Shown piece after piece: positions 17,801 to 27,763 of a stretch of 33,562 nt of DNA (positions within the stretch are counted from its first letter, which is position 1; every line of letters starts with the position of its first letter). The stretch covers positions 1 to 33,562 of the forward strand of contig CAWDPO010000044.1 of NCBI GenBank assembly GCA_963804165.1, given 5' to 3'. The notes beneath the pieces are model-generated. The model had not been told where the DNA came from. It saw nothing but the letters and a program-made list of their open reading frames with translations, and searched no databases. Made by a program: the position numbers and the translations under genes. The DNA is from an uncultured delta proteobacterium (GTDB lineage: Bacteria > Desulfobacterota > Binatia > UBA9968).

Positions 17801-19530
17801 AGCGAGAGGCCAACCAGTCCCAAGCGAACCGCTGCCCACAACAAGAACGGCAGGGGAATATAGAGCAGCGCAGGGAAGTTGCCCAAGGCGTGTGATTTTA
17901 GACCGAAAACTCCAATACCACTGCCGAGTAACCCCGCTAGTATGACGATCATCTCCATCCACTGTTTGAGGGAAGCTCTCTTGATGATTTCCGCTCCGCG
18001 GGTCGAACCGAGTACGATGCCGGGAGTTAGGATTAAGAAGGGCAACAAGTTAGATAAAAATGCATGACGCCATTCCAACCAAATGTTGTCGCTTCCATAG
18101 CCGACGGAAATTCGGATTAGCGGCCAGCCCCAAGCCATCAAAGCGGTGGCTGCGGTGATTTGGCCTACGAAGATAATGCTACGGCGCAAATTTCCAAGAT
18201 CGCCATTGATTGCTCCGAATTGGCGTACGGCTAAGGCCGTCACTACCACAAGAGCGCAATCGTAGAGGTAGTACAGGTCAAGCTCCAATCCGGGAGTGCC
18301 GAACTGTCTCTGGGCGACGACGTGAGCAACTGCACCAGCCAGCAAGAACACCGACCAGTAGCGTGGTGGATTAAGCAACAGCGCAGCTAGCAGCACTGCA
18401 TTGGCAGGCCAAAGGGCGGAGAAATACGACGCTGGATACACGAACGCCAGATCCACCAAAGAGCCGAAATAGTAGGCGGCCCACATCGCGATCGCAGTCA
18501 GTCCGAGACTAAGGTACAGGGATAGTCGTTTACCATTGAAGGCCGCGTTCCACGGCTTGATCTCACGTACGACTTCCGTTTTGTACTTTTGCTCCTCGAC
18601 AAACGCGGCGAGAAACATTATCGGGAGAACAATTGCCATGAGAAAGAGCTGAAGAGATAAAACATTGCTTTGCGGGAATTGACTGAGAAAAGGACCATTC
18701 CCCTGGAAAGCACCACAAATTGATGTCATCACAACGAGCAAAAATGCCGTGCTCGCTCCCAGTTGTCCAAATCTCACCGCGGCCCACAGAAAAAACGGCA
18801 GCGGCAAATAAATCAATACAGTCATCGCTCCTGGGCCGACGGTTGCCCAACAGAATACCGTCAAACCAGTCGTCAACAGCCCAAATGCCAAAATAGAAGC
18901 CTCGGCACCCCGCCACCAGGAAATGCTGCGCAAGAAAGCCGCACCGCGATCAAACCATAGGATAACGAGGGGAGGAATCATGAGGGCGGCCAGAACATTC
19001 GATGGAAAGCGCATCAGCCAAGTTTGCCAATAAGTATTTCCCTTCCAGCCGACGAGCGAGACGAATGACGCATCGATAAAGGAGCCCAGAAACGGCGCGA
19101 GAATCGCCACAGCGAGGTAGATAGCGAGGTTTTTTAGACCGGCAAAATCTGCTTGACGTTCGACGAAACGGCGCACACAAATTGCGCCGATCAATGCTTC
19201 CGCAGCGTTGCTAATAAACCAAAACAGAATCAGCAAAATTGGCACGCCGCTCTGTAACTGGACGGCTACGTGGACCGGGAAAACGCCGAGAAGCACTACC
19301 CACCAACTTCGAATCGGCATGAGCAGCAGCGCGGTGAAGACAATCGCATTCGGAGGCCAGAGTACGGAGACTGCGCTGTCCGGAAACGTAAGGGTAAACC
19401 CGATCAGCGAGCCGACATAGTATGCCCCACCAACGAGCAGACCGACGATGGACAACCGTATTGGAGAATTTGCGCGACGGTCCGGCTCGCCCGTCCGAAT
19501 AATCTGGTTTGTCGAAGTGGGCTCAATCAT
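14875..19530 (-). CDS. Sigma-54 EBP2: MASE1-MASE1-PAS-GAF-PAS-PAS-AAA+-HTH (1551 aa)
   Basis: Two MASE1-like repeats (VSVLWPPNAI / FSALWPANAV; YLPLPFFLWAAVRFG / YIPLPFLLWAAVRLG), GAF (GSPGRVWQTCQPAWIPDV...FPI), DITxRK motifs, GAFTGA, Walker A/B, HTH; GGAGG RBS. Confidence 0.95.
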   Translation of the reverse strand: MIEPTSTNQIIRTGEPDRRANSPIRLSIVGLLVGGAYYVGSLIGFTLTFPDSAVSVLWPPNAIVFTALLLMPIRSWWVVLLGVFPVHVAVQLQSGVPILLILFWFISNAAEALIGAICVRRFVERQADFAGLKNLAIYLAVAILAPFLGSFIDASFVSLVGWKGNTYWQTWLMRFPSNVLAALMIPPLVILWFDRGAAFLRSISWWRGAEASILAFGLLTTGLTVFCWATVGPGAMTVLIYLPLPFFLWAAVRFGQLGASTAFLLVVMTSICGAFQGNGPFLSQFPQSNVLSLQLFLMAIVLPIMFLAAFVEEQKYKTEVVREIKPWNAAFNGKRLSLYLSLGLTAIAMWAAYYFGSLVDLAFVYPASYFSALWPANAVLLAALLLNPPRYWSVFLLAGAVAHVVAQRQFGTPGLELDLYYLYDCALVVVTALAVRQFGAINGDLGNLRRSIIFVGQITAATALMAWGWPLIRISVGYGSDNIWLEWRHAFLSNLLPFLILTPGIVLGSTRGAEIIKRASLKQWMEMIVILAGLLGSGIGVFGLKSHALGNFPALLYIPLPFLLWAAVRLGLVGLSLSFLAFAFMTMMNALAGNGPFVSQLPADNIFWLQMFLIVLYFPLLLLASLFAERFEKIQILGETENRFRNLADAAPIMIWVSSTDKLCSFFSKGWLDFTGRTLDQELGNGWSEGVHAEDLDRFLRTYMESFDRRQDFSMEYRLRRADGEYRWILNNGMPRFGPDGIFLGYMASAVDISERKQAESRLNAQYDITRILSESASMAEAAPKILQSICSCLDWQYGEIWQVDQGTNILTSRASWHLPSQDLAEFWSASRQVTFAPGVGSPGRVWQTCQPAWIPDVTADNNFSRKSLAAEAGLHSACAFPIHRGDEAFGVMGFFSREIRKPDDALLQMMSNVGSQMGLFVERKRAERALRESEARLKLAMESARMGYWELEVDTRKVTRSEGLERILGVTPGSLKSNQADFLAMVHPEDREKIRLRAERDLQTTEISDSEYRIVRPDGSIRWIAGRGHAIFGSDGHVSVLLGLSIDITERKQVEEALRDSESLRRTIFESEPECVKLVAPDTRLLDMNPAGLAMIQADSLDDVVGQSVLAIVAPEWRATYKKLHDRVCQGERGVAQFEIVGLKGKRRWMESHAAPLRAKNGSIVAQLAVTHDITDRKRAEEELKEALAEVKRLKERLEAENVYLRSEVSGVHRYGEILGESQGIGKVLEQVERVARTDMTVLVLGETGTGKELVARLLHEKSGRRERPLVKVNCSALPGELIESELFGHERGAFTGAVSKQVGRFELADGGTIFLDEVGELPLRLQSKLLRVLQEGEFERVGSGKTVKVDVRVIAATNRNLSEAAQRGRFRTDLYYRLNVYPIEIPPLRERREDIGLLAEVFLQEAGRRLGKSFGKIPSEVIEALQGYSWPGNVRELENVIGRATVTSTGPTLQLPEGWNRAQGAEIFSHASPAGVTPEKSKSQNDGGDLPLTLEEFERTRILKVLHQTNWRIEGPKGAAMILGLHPNTLRSRMKKLEIHRPINSGVLG
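15146..16011. repeat. Direct repeat copy B (866 bp, AAA+ cassette)
   Basis: Near-identical to 6624-7489. Confidence 0.97.
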
Positions 19531-20145
19531 CCTTTATCCTCCGGTTCACAACGGGACATGGACACCGGTTCGAACAGTTGGCATGGGATTCTTTGCGCGT
19601 AGATGTAGGACTGATTCAGCTCATATTACACGCCGGATGGTTGTGCAACGATCACAGATAACCCGAATCAAACCGGCCGGTAAATCATCACGTTCATGCC
19701 GAGACAAGTTGATTACGGCCCGACGTGCGGGCGCTAACAGGTCTGCGAGATTCCTTTTGGAGACTCTTTAGCTGCTTTAATTTCTTCGAAAGAGTCCTCT
19801 TCGTTTTTCCCTGCACGTTAAGATTCATGTTCTTTCTCCAGAGCACTCACAAAATTTAACTGTTGCTTCGTCGCCATGCGCTTTTAAAACAATGCTGCTT
19901 TAATCATTTCCGAACAGATGTGTACGCGGAACCCAGCAGGGGAATTCCAACCGCGGGGCCACAAGATTCAGCCGACCGACATGAAATACAAAGGAGGATT
20001 TAGTATGCCGGCATTCTCCTTGAACAGAAGCAAAGAGAGAAGCCACCGGCCGTATTCGGGTGCATGCTAGTATTGAAATCGCGAATACACGGAAAAATTA
20101 AGAACGCGTCCAGCGGTTGTCAAGGTTTCCTATGATTCGGTTTCA

Positions 20146-20904
20146 TTAGGGAGTTTTTGCCCGCACTGCCTCGGTTGCCTTCGGCCAGAAGAGCTCGGCC
20201 CGGATGCCCCAGGTGCTTTCGAACACGTCGGGCAAGAGCAGCATGGCCATGTCGCAGCGCACGCCGTCGCATTGCCCGGCGATTCTCTCCAACTCGCCAA
20301 TCATCGCTTGCTGCAATTGCGGGTTGCCATAATTGAGCTGCAGCGTGTCGGGCCAGCCTTCGAAGTACGGGTCACGGCCATAGGCGAGCACCAGTGGACC
20401 ATTTGTGCTTTGTGCGCGGCAATAATTTTTCGGTGCGCGTTGCAAATCCGCCTCGCTGCCATGGACAAAAAAATCAGGATGCTCGTCGATCCACGGATGA
20501 TCCGGGGCCATGTGGTTGGGCACGAAGTCGAGCATCAGCTTCAATCCGCGTTGTTGAAACCGCTGTCGCAGACCTGCGAGCGACGCGTCGCCGCCCAGAT
20601 CGCGATGGACAGTGTAGTTTTGGATGGCGAACCCCGAGCCAGCGATATCCTTCTCTCGCAAGTCCGGCAGCGTCTCTTGAAATTCCTTGCGCCATTCCGG
20701 ATTCGCTCGCGAGATCGCCTGCCCAGCCGGACCGGTCTGCCAAACACTCAGGAACCAGACCCAGTCAAAACCCATCTCTGCGATCCGGTCCAGCTCGGCA
20801 TTGGGAATGTCATCGAGCGTCGCTTGCCGCCCGAGATTCTCTGACAATTCTGTGAGCCAGACACGGGCGTTGATTTGATAGAGCGAGCAATAGTGAGTAG
20901 GCAT
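20146..20904 (-). pseudogene. C-terminally truncated GH13 alpha-amylase-family protein
   Basis: LMLDFVPNH (region I) and DGVRCDMAM (nucleophile region II) are present. The ORF stops before the acid/base Glu (region III) and region IV Asp, and I see no continuation downstream. Confidence 0.8.
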
Positions 20905-21428
20905 GGTCGTCTGCCTTTCATTCCTTGATAGCAGTCTTTCACCGCCATTTCGTTTCCAGATCTCACGCCTGGAATTTCTCCCAGAACGCCTCGTCGATAT
21001 TCTTCAACGTTGAACCTCGCCGTACTCCCCGATAGCGGGCCAGCGCTGCGGCGAACACTCGCAGAGTTTGTAGACAAAAGTAATGCGGGCGACTCCCCGC
21101 TCTTAAGGGCTAACTTCGAATCTCTTGCAAAGGTCGCTGCAAAAATTCATGCGCAGTTTTACTTCTTGGTTATTATGTATCCCCGGCTGTCGAGAAAATT
21201 GACAGTCTGAATCACCTGATTGGTCGGCTCATAACCGCGGTAGACACAACAGTTTGAATGATGGAGCTCTTCCACTTGAGATGGCCGTTGGTCTTGAGAT
21301 TATCGGCCGAGTTCAAGATGGCCAGAACCAGCTGCATCAGTTCAGTATCAATGTCCTCCTTCCCTGCCACGTTCTTGATGTCTTGCGCGATCTGAGAATA
21401 ACTTCCATCGCTCGGCCGGTCGGCGCGA

Positions 21429-21824
21429 TCACTTCACTGCGTACTGCTTGGCTTTGCGGAAATATAGGTACGCGCCGACGCTCACGAAATTGATGACTAT
21501 CCCCATAAGGTTCCATAGGATCACCGGCCGTGAAGCAATCAACAAGCCGTAGTAGACCCAGGCTATTTGAAAGACACCGATGATGCCCGCCATCCTCGGG
21601 TTCATCCCCGCGCTTGACCGCCGCTTGAGCATTGCGACTAAGTCTGGCACGGCGGCAAAGGTCGTTCCAAATCCCGCCACAAAGCCAAGGATCTCGGACC
21701 GTTGAAACCTGGGGATGAACAGGCTCGACGTGTCGCGTATAACCAGGTCCTCACAGCCATAAAGTGTAAGAAGACTCAGCAAAAGAACACCGAGCGTCAT
21801 TTTATTGGAGCAATTCATATTCAC
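21429..21824 (-). CDS. SemiSWEET/PQ-loop family transporter with an N-terminal lipoprotein-like extension
   Basis: GFVAGFGTTFAAVPDL...RRSSAGMN, AWVYYGLLI, PVILWN; three TM helices; AAGGAAG RBS. Confidence 0.85.
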   Translation of the reverse strand: MNMNCSNKMTLGVLLLSLLTLYGCEDLVIRDTSSLFIPRFQRSEILGFVAGFGTTFAAVPDLVAMLKRRSSAGMNPRMAGIIGVFQIAWVYYGLLIASRPVILWNLMGIVINFVSVGAYLYFRKAKQYAVK

Positions 21825-21972
21825 ATCGACAACTTCCTTTATAGGGGCTATTTAATTACCTTGTGCTTCCAGGCTTCGCCGGACATGAAATTGCGGAGAC
21901 GAGTATAATAAGCACGAATGTCGATCGGCAATACGAACAGGATTTAATGGATCGCGCATTGCGCCCGCTTCT

Positions 21973-24712
21973 TCACTTCCCGGCCGGCTTTTCTCCGCCT
22001 ACCTGCTCCCGTGTCAGTCGGCTGACAATTTGTTCGCGTTCCAACTCGAGATCTTTGGCCTCCATGCGGCCGAACAGATCGAGAAGGCGCGCGACCAAAC
22101 CAGTCCAGCCCGTCTGGTGGCTGGCGCCGAGCCCCGCCCCGTTGTCTCCATGAAAGTATTCGTAAAAAAGGATCAGGTCGCGCCAGTGCGGATCGTTCTG
22201 GAACTTTGCGGTCCCGCCGTAAACTGGCCGCCGTCCCTTGGTCGTCGCGCAGGAAAGTGCTCGCCAGCCGGCGCGAGATTTCCTGCGCAACTTCGAACAA
22301 CGTCATGTACCGCCCCGAACCGGTGGGACACTGAACTTTGAATTCATCGCCGTAGAAATTGTACAGGTTTAGCAGCGCCCGAATGATCAGCGCATTGACC
22401 GGCATCCAGACCGGTCCGCGCCAATTGGAGTTGCCGCCGAACATGCCGGTATTCGATTCACCGGGCAGGTACTGGACCTTGTATTCCTGATTCCCCGACA
22501 TGAAACACAAACGGATGTTCCAGATGATACCGCGACAGAGAGCGAATGCCGTGGGGTCCGAGAAACTCGTTCTCGTCGAGCAGATAGGCGAGCACGCGCT
22601 CCAACTTCTGCTTGTTGAGGATCGACAGCAGACGACGTCCCTTATAGCCGATAAAACCCTCACGGGTCGGGGCCACATGGGAAACCACCTCGGGATGGCG
22701 TTTGCGGAACAGCGCGATCATCTCGAACAGTCTCGGGTAACGCTCTGCGGCATCGGCCGCGAACACTGTACTCGCGCACAACGGCAGCAGTCCCACTAAT
22801 GACCGCACTTTCAAACGCATCGCCTGGCCGTCGGGCAAACGCAGCAGATCATAGAAAAACCCGTCCTGTTCGTCCCACATCTCGTCGTGATGCTCGCCGA
22901 TGCGGTCCATCGCGTAGGCGATCCACAGGAAATGCTGGATGAACTTGAAGGCGATCTCCTCATACATCTTCTGATCGTATTCGGTCAGAATGAGGGCCAT
23001 CTCCAGCATGCACTGGCAGTAAAACGCCATCCAGGCCGTTCCGTCCGCCTGCTCCAGAGAGCCCCCCGTGGGGAGTTGGGCGCTGCGGTCGAAGACGCCA
23101 ATGTTGTCGAGACCCAGAAAGCCGCCGGCGAACACGTTGCGGCCCGAAGGATCCTTGCGGTTCACCCACCAGTTGAAGTTCAGCATCAATCCCTGAAACG
23201 AGCGTTCCAGAAACCGCAGGTCCGCCCGGCCGAGGTTCTGTTCCATCTTGTAGAGGAAAATTGTGGCCCAGGCGTGCACCGGCGGATTGACATCGCTGAA
23301 GTTCCACTCGTAGGCGGGAATTTGCCCGTTGGGATGGAAATAGAGGCCGCGCAGCATCAGCAGCAGTTGATCCTTGGCAAAATCGAAGTCGACCAGCGAC
23401 AGGGAAATCGTGTGGAACGCCAAATCCCAGGCCGCATACCACGGATACTCCCACTTGTCCGGCATCGAGATCACGTCGGCATTGAGCATGTGGAACCATT
23501 CCGTATTGCGCACGTCATTGCCGCCAGATTGCATGAGCGGATGACTCCTGTGCTCCACCAGCCATTGATCCAGATCGAAGTAGTAGTACTGCTTGCTCCA
23601 GAGCATTCCCGCCAGTGCCTGGCGATGCACCCGGCGTTCATCTTCGTTTAGGGAGTTCGGCGAAATCCGGTCGTAGAATTCGTCAGCGTCGGCGATCCGG
23701 CTTTTGAATGTCCTCTCGAAACCGCCGAAGGCATCTTCTGTCTTGGCGGCCGCCAGGCGCAGGCGAACGGCCTTGCTTCCGCCGCCGGGCACGTCAAGGA
23801 CATAGTGCGCCGCGGCCTTGGTCCCAATCTTGGCGGGATTCACCGCCTGGCGCTGTCCCGAGATGAGGTACTCGTGGAACGCGTCCTTGACATAAGGAGA
23901 CGCATTGGGCTGGCCCCAAAGACGGGCGCATTGCTTTCATTCTCGGTGAAGAGCAACTCCGGAGCGCCCTCGCAATATAGCCAGTAGTCGCCAAGCTCAG
24001 AGTGTGTCGCTTGAATTGCATCGGAGCCCACTTCGCGCAGCGACGGCTTCGACTGATCCTCGCCCCAAGACCAGGTGTTGCGGAACCAGAGTGTCGGCAA
24101 GACATGAAGGCGAGCCGCTTCAGGTCCACGATTGTGCACCGTAATGCGAACGAGGAGGTCTTCGGGACTTTCCTTCGCGTACTCCACGAACACGTCAAAG
24201 TACCGGTCGTCGTCGAAGATGCCGGTGTCGAGCAGCTCGTACTCAAACTCTTCCCGCGATCGTCTCCGGTTGGTCTCGATCAGGTCGCGGTAAGGATACT
24301 CCCGCTGCGGGTACTTGTAGAGATACTTCATGTACGAATGCGTGGGAGTGCTGTCGAGGTAGAAGTAGTACTCCTTGACGTCCTCGCCGTGGTTCGCCTC
24401 GTTGTTGGTGAGCCCGAACAGGCGCTCTTTGAGGATCGGGTCGCGCTCGTTCCACAGCGCCAGCGCAAAGCATAGCCGTTGCTTGTCGTCGCAGATTCCT
24501 CCGAGCCCGTCCTCGCCCCACCGATAGGCTCGTGAGCGCGCCTGGTCATGGGTGAAGTAATTCCATGCATCGCCATTTTCGCTGTAGTCTTCACGCACGG
24601 TGCCCCACTGGCGTTCACTGAGATACGGACCCCACTTCTTCCACGGGATGCCCGCCTCGCGCGCCTCGTTCAACCGTTTTTGCTCAGTGACATCGACAAT
24701 CACAGGGTCCAT
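21973..24712 (-). pseudogene. GH63/MGH1-like glucosidase (~912 aa) split by three frameshifts
   Basis: [83 protein letters not shown] lie in successive frames. Shifts at ~23925 (-1), 22493-22496 (+1) and 22235-22237 (+1); span 2740 = 3n+1. Could be intact if the indels are sequencing errors. Confidence 0.88.
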
Positions 24713-24835
24713 TGCTTGCCTCCGCCGCGTTTAAGCCGGTAAAAAAGTTATTGCTCTTGAATAAGCCGCACCGCCGTACCAAATCACGCCTTGAATGAAT
24801 CATCCTGCAGATTGTTGGAGCCGCGGGTCTTCCGC

Positions 24836-24875
24836 CATCGGGGATTCCCTGATTTCGCGTTTCGAAGTTCCCTAG
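24836..24875 (-). promoter_or_regulatory. Bipartite candidate TF site upstream of the glucosidase
   Basis: CTAGGGAACTTCG-N11-CAGGGAATCCCCGA-TG. Confidence 0.7.
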
Positions 24876-24991
24876 CGGGAGTTATTACTTATCCACAGCA
24901 AGAAAGCGAGAGCACGGAAGCAGCTCAAATAAAAAGGTCACGGCATCCGGCGAGCTTGGTCCCGGTGTTTGCCGACCCAGTCGGCGACTCA

Positions 24992-27370
24992 TTACTCCAT
25001 CGCCACGACCCACTCGGCCGGGTCATCCAGGTTTGCTCCCTTGGGACGAACCGCGCCCCCGATCTCCAGGTCGCGCCAGTGGAGCGGGCCGTGGACACCA
25101 TGCAGTATCAATCGCACCCGTCGCGCAGAGCCCTCGACGCGGACCTCCATGAAGCTCTGAAAGAACGGGGCTCGATTGAAGTCGAATATTCCGGAGAGCG
25201 CTTCTACCGAGGCCGGCCAGGCTTTGAAGCGCTTGATCCACCACCACACCGGCCACTTCCAGCGGCCGGTCTCGTTCTCGAGCTTCGTGCGGACAGCCTC
25301 CGTGCTCGGGTAGAATGCCCAGTCCCGTACAGGCGCCGCTGAAGGCCAGTCGAGCGCCGTGCCGATGCTGAGATAGGCGCCGCCTCCGCCGTTGACGAAG
25401 TGATGCATCACCCCCGGGCCGTCGCCGCTGTTATATTCTTCCCGATAGTACTCGAAGTCGTGGGTGTCTCCCGCCATTACGATCGGAATCTTATACTGCC
25501 GCAGGAGACGGTGGATGCTACTGAATGTTTCTTCGGTGCCTTGGTAGCCGCCGCCGGCATAAAGCGGATGGCCGAGGATCACCGTCGTGAACCGGCCGCG
25601 CGCTCGCGACAGCGCTTGTTCAAGCCACCGAGCCTGAGCGCGGTCGATGCGGCGCAGGATGCCGGTGTCAACGGCAATGAGAGAAAACTCCCGCCCGTGG
25701 ATCTCGAAAAACGGAGCGCGCTGTTCGGCAGTGCGAATACCGTATTCCTTCCGCAGCCGAGCTGCTTCGCTTATCGCACTGGCGACATTTGGCCGATCCG
25801 GGGGAGTGATCAGCGCCGTCAACTCCTCGCGCGCGTCCATCGAAACCTGCGCGGCCACAGGTTCCATCAAGTTCGCAGCAAAACCATCTAGCGCGCTGAA
25901 CCAGTCATGATTGCCGGGAATCGCGTAGATCGGCTTCTCGAAGCCTTTGAACGGCAGATAGAAATTGAACTCGTAGTCGCGCATCGCGCCGCCAGGATAG
26001 ATCACGTCCGACGACACGACGAGAAACTTCACGTCCGGACGCCGGCCAAGTTCCAGATAGCGGTCGCGCAAGGACGCCTGCGATGGATCGCCTTCGCCGG
26101 GATCGCCGATGACGAGAAAGCTGAAATCCGTGGCGGCGCTCACGCCTTCGGGTCGTACTTCGAACAAAGAATCCTTGGCCGCGCCGGTCGGCAGCGCTTG
26201 CCGCTCGACGGCCGCGATCATCGCCTCGCGCCAGACATCAGTGCGCGCTTCGGCGACTCTCTCCCAGAAGGCGCTCGCCCAGTTCTCTGTGTTGAAGTAC
26301 CAGCTGAAGCCCCAGATCGGATTGATGGCGACGACCACGGCCACGATGGGCAAGCCCATGCGCAGCCACTGTGAGAGAGCGACGCGCAACGAACCGCGCG
26401 TGAGCCGCAAGCGCACGCCCCACCGTAGCCGGCTGTCGAGCCACCAATTCACGGCGTGCTCACCGAGACCCAGGTTTTTCGTGTTGGTCTGATGCGAGAG
26501 GCGGCGTTCCCAAGCGCGCCGTTCGATGGGCCGCGTGAGCCTTCGCAGCGTGAGCCAGAGGGGAAGCGCAAGCACCGCGACCAGCAACGCCGAAAGTGCA
26601 TCGCCGATGACGGCAACCAGCGGCGAAATCAGACCAAGCCAAGTCCAATCTGTTTGCAGACGTCCGGCGTGGATGGCGAAGAACACCAGGATCATGACGA
26701 CGATCCAGAAGGTGTCGATCGGCAGCGCCACCTTTTCGCGCTCGACGGCGGCTACACGGAGCCGGCCAAACTCGGCGTGCGGCGGTAGGCACAGTCGTTC
26801 ATCCGGATGTTCGTTGGCCATCTGAGCGACGTCGACGTCTTCGACGCCCTCGTCCGGAGCGAAGAGCGCCGTCCAGCCGGTGGACATAATGTAGAGTCCG
26901 AGCCCCACCCCGAGAACAACGGCACCCGTAGAGGCGCCCTGCCGCCAAATCAGCAGCGCCAGCAGGAGATTGACGATGCCGTTAAAAATTGTCCACCAGC
27001 GCGCGTGACCGAGCTTATCCGTGAATGCTCTCACGATCTTCGTGATGCCGTCCGCCACCATAAATAGCGCGACGAATGCCAGCAGTCCGCCAATCACCAT
27101 TACCGGCCGGGCGAAAAGCAGCAGCCCGCCGAGAATCATCAGCACGCCTGTGAGATAGGTCGTCGAGGTCGGCGATTGCGTTCGCAGGCCTTGAATGACC
27201 CCGATCACACCGGCGACTAGTACGATGAGACCCAGGATTGAAATCGCCCATCCGCCTGCACTGAAAGGCGTGACGATGGCAATCAGGCCGAGCACCAACA
27301 ACAGCGCGCCATAAGCGCGCTGTGAAAAGGAACCGAGGCTCGTCGAGAAACGGCGGCTGCTATCAAGCAT
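24992..27370 (-). CDS. HdeD/DUF308-like membrane domain fused to a calcineurin-like metallophosphoesterase
   Basis: About six N-terminal TM helices plus further TMs, then GDPGEGD, SSDVIYP, GNHDW, GHPLY, AGDTHD. ATG 27370 preferred over 27481; start uncertain. Confidence 0.85.
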   Translation of the reverse strand: MLDSSRRFSTSLGSFSQRAYGALLLVLGLIAIVTPFSAGGWAISILGLIVLVAGVIGVIQGLRTQSPTSTTYLTGVLMILGGLLLFARPVMVIGGLLAFVALFMVADGITKIVRAFTDKLGHARWWTIFNGIVNLLLALLIWRQGASTGAVVLGVGLGLYIMSTGWTALFAPDEGVEDVDVAQMANEHPDERLCLPPHAEFGRLRVAAVEREKVALPIDTFWIVVMILVFFAIHAGRLQTDWTWLGLISPLVAVIGDALSALLVAVLALPLWLTLRRLTRPIERRAWERRLSHQTNTKNLGLGEHAVNWWLDSRLRWGVRLRLTRGSLRVALSQWLRMGLPIVAVVVAINPIWGFSWYFNTENWASAFWERVAEARTDVWREAMIAAVERQALPTGAAKDSLFEVRPEGVSAATDFSFLVIGDPGEGDPSQASLRDRYLELGRRPDVKFLVVSSDVIYPGGAMRDYEFNFYLPFKGFEKPIYAIPGNHDWFSALDGFAANLMEPVAAQVSMDAREELTALITPPDRPNVASAISEAARLRKEYGIRTAEQRAPFFEIHGREFSLIAVDTGILRRIDRAQARWLEQALSRARGRFTTVILGHPLYAGGGYQGTEETFSSIHRLLRQYKIPIVMAGDTHDFEYYREEYNSGDGPGVMHHFVNGGGGAYLSIGTALDWPSAAPVRDWAFYPSTEAVRTKLENETGRWKWPVWWWIKRFKAWPASVEALSGIFDFNRAPFFQSFMEVRVEGSARRVRLILHGVHGPLHWRDLEIGGAVRPKGANLDDPAEWVVAME

Positions 27371-27507
27371 GATGATTTCAGATGATTGGGATGTTCGGCT
27401 TGCCGTTCTTGGCCATTTGCTTCCGCTCGACGCGAATCTGAAAGTTAGCGTGCAGCGCTTGCCTTTGCAGTGGTGGCTCACGCTCAGTCAAAGTTCTCGG
27501 CCCGCGC

Positions 27508-27701
27508 TTAGAACTGCGGCGGTTCGCTGTTCCAACTGGCCGGGTCCGCACCCATCTTTTCGCCGAGGTCCGCGAGATTGTTCATGGTCTCTTTGATGAA
27601 CGTTCCAGGAACCGGCGGGAACCAATCACCCGGATTCGACACGATACGCACCTCCGCCTCGGCCTTCCGCTTGAACCTCGCTATATCGGCCATCGCGAAG
27701 A
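27508..27701 (-). pseudogene. Tandem 3' fragment of a patatin-like gene
   Basis: 27521-27701 aligns to 27819-27999 (offset 298): FAMADIARFKRKAEAEVRIVS...KETMNNLADLGEKMGADPASW. Confidence 0.85.
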
Positions 27702-27763
27702 ACATTCGACCTCCCATCAGTAGCGGGCCCGTGGTTTTTCTCTCCCTCGGCCACGTGGCATCG

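Noticed and set aside
22235-23930. Programmed ribosomal frameshifting in the glucosidase
   Set aside because: Three shifts in mixed directions without canonical slippery heptamers; decay or sequencing error is simpler.
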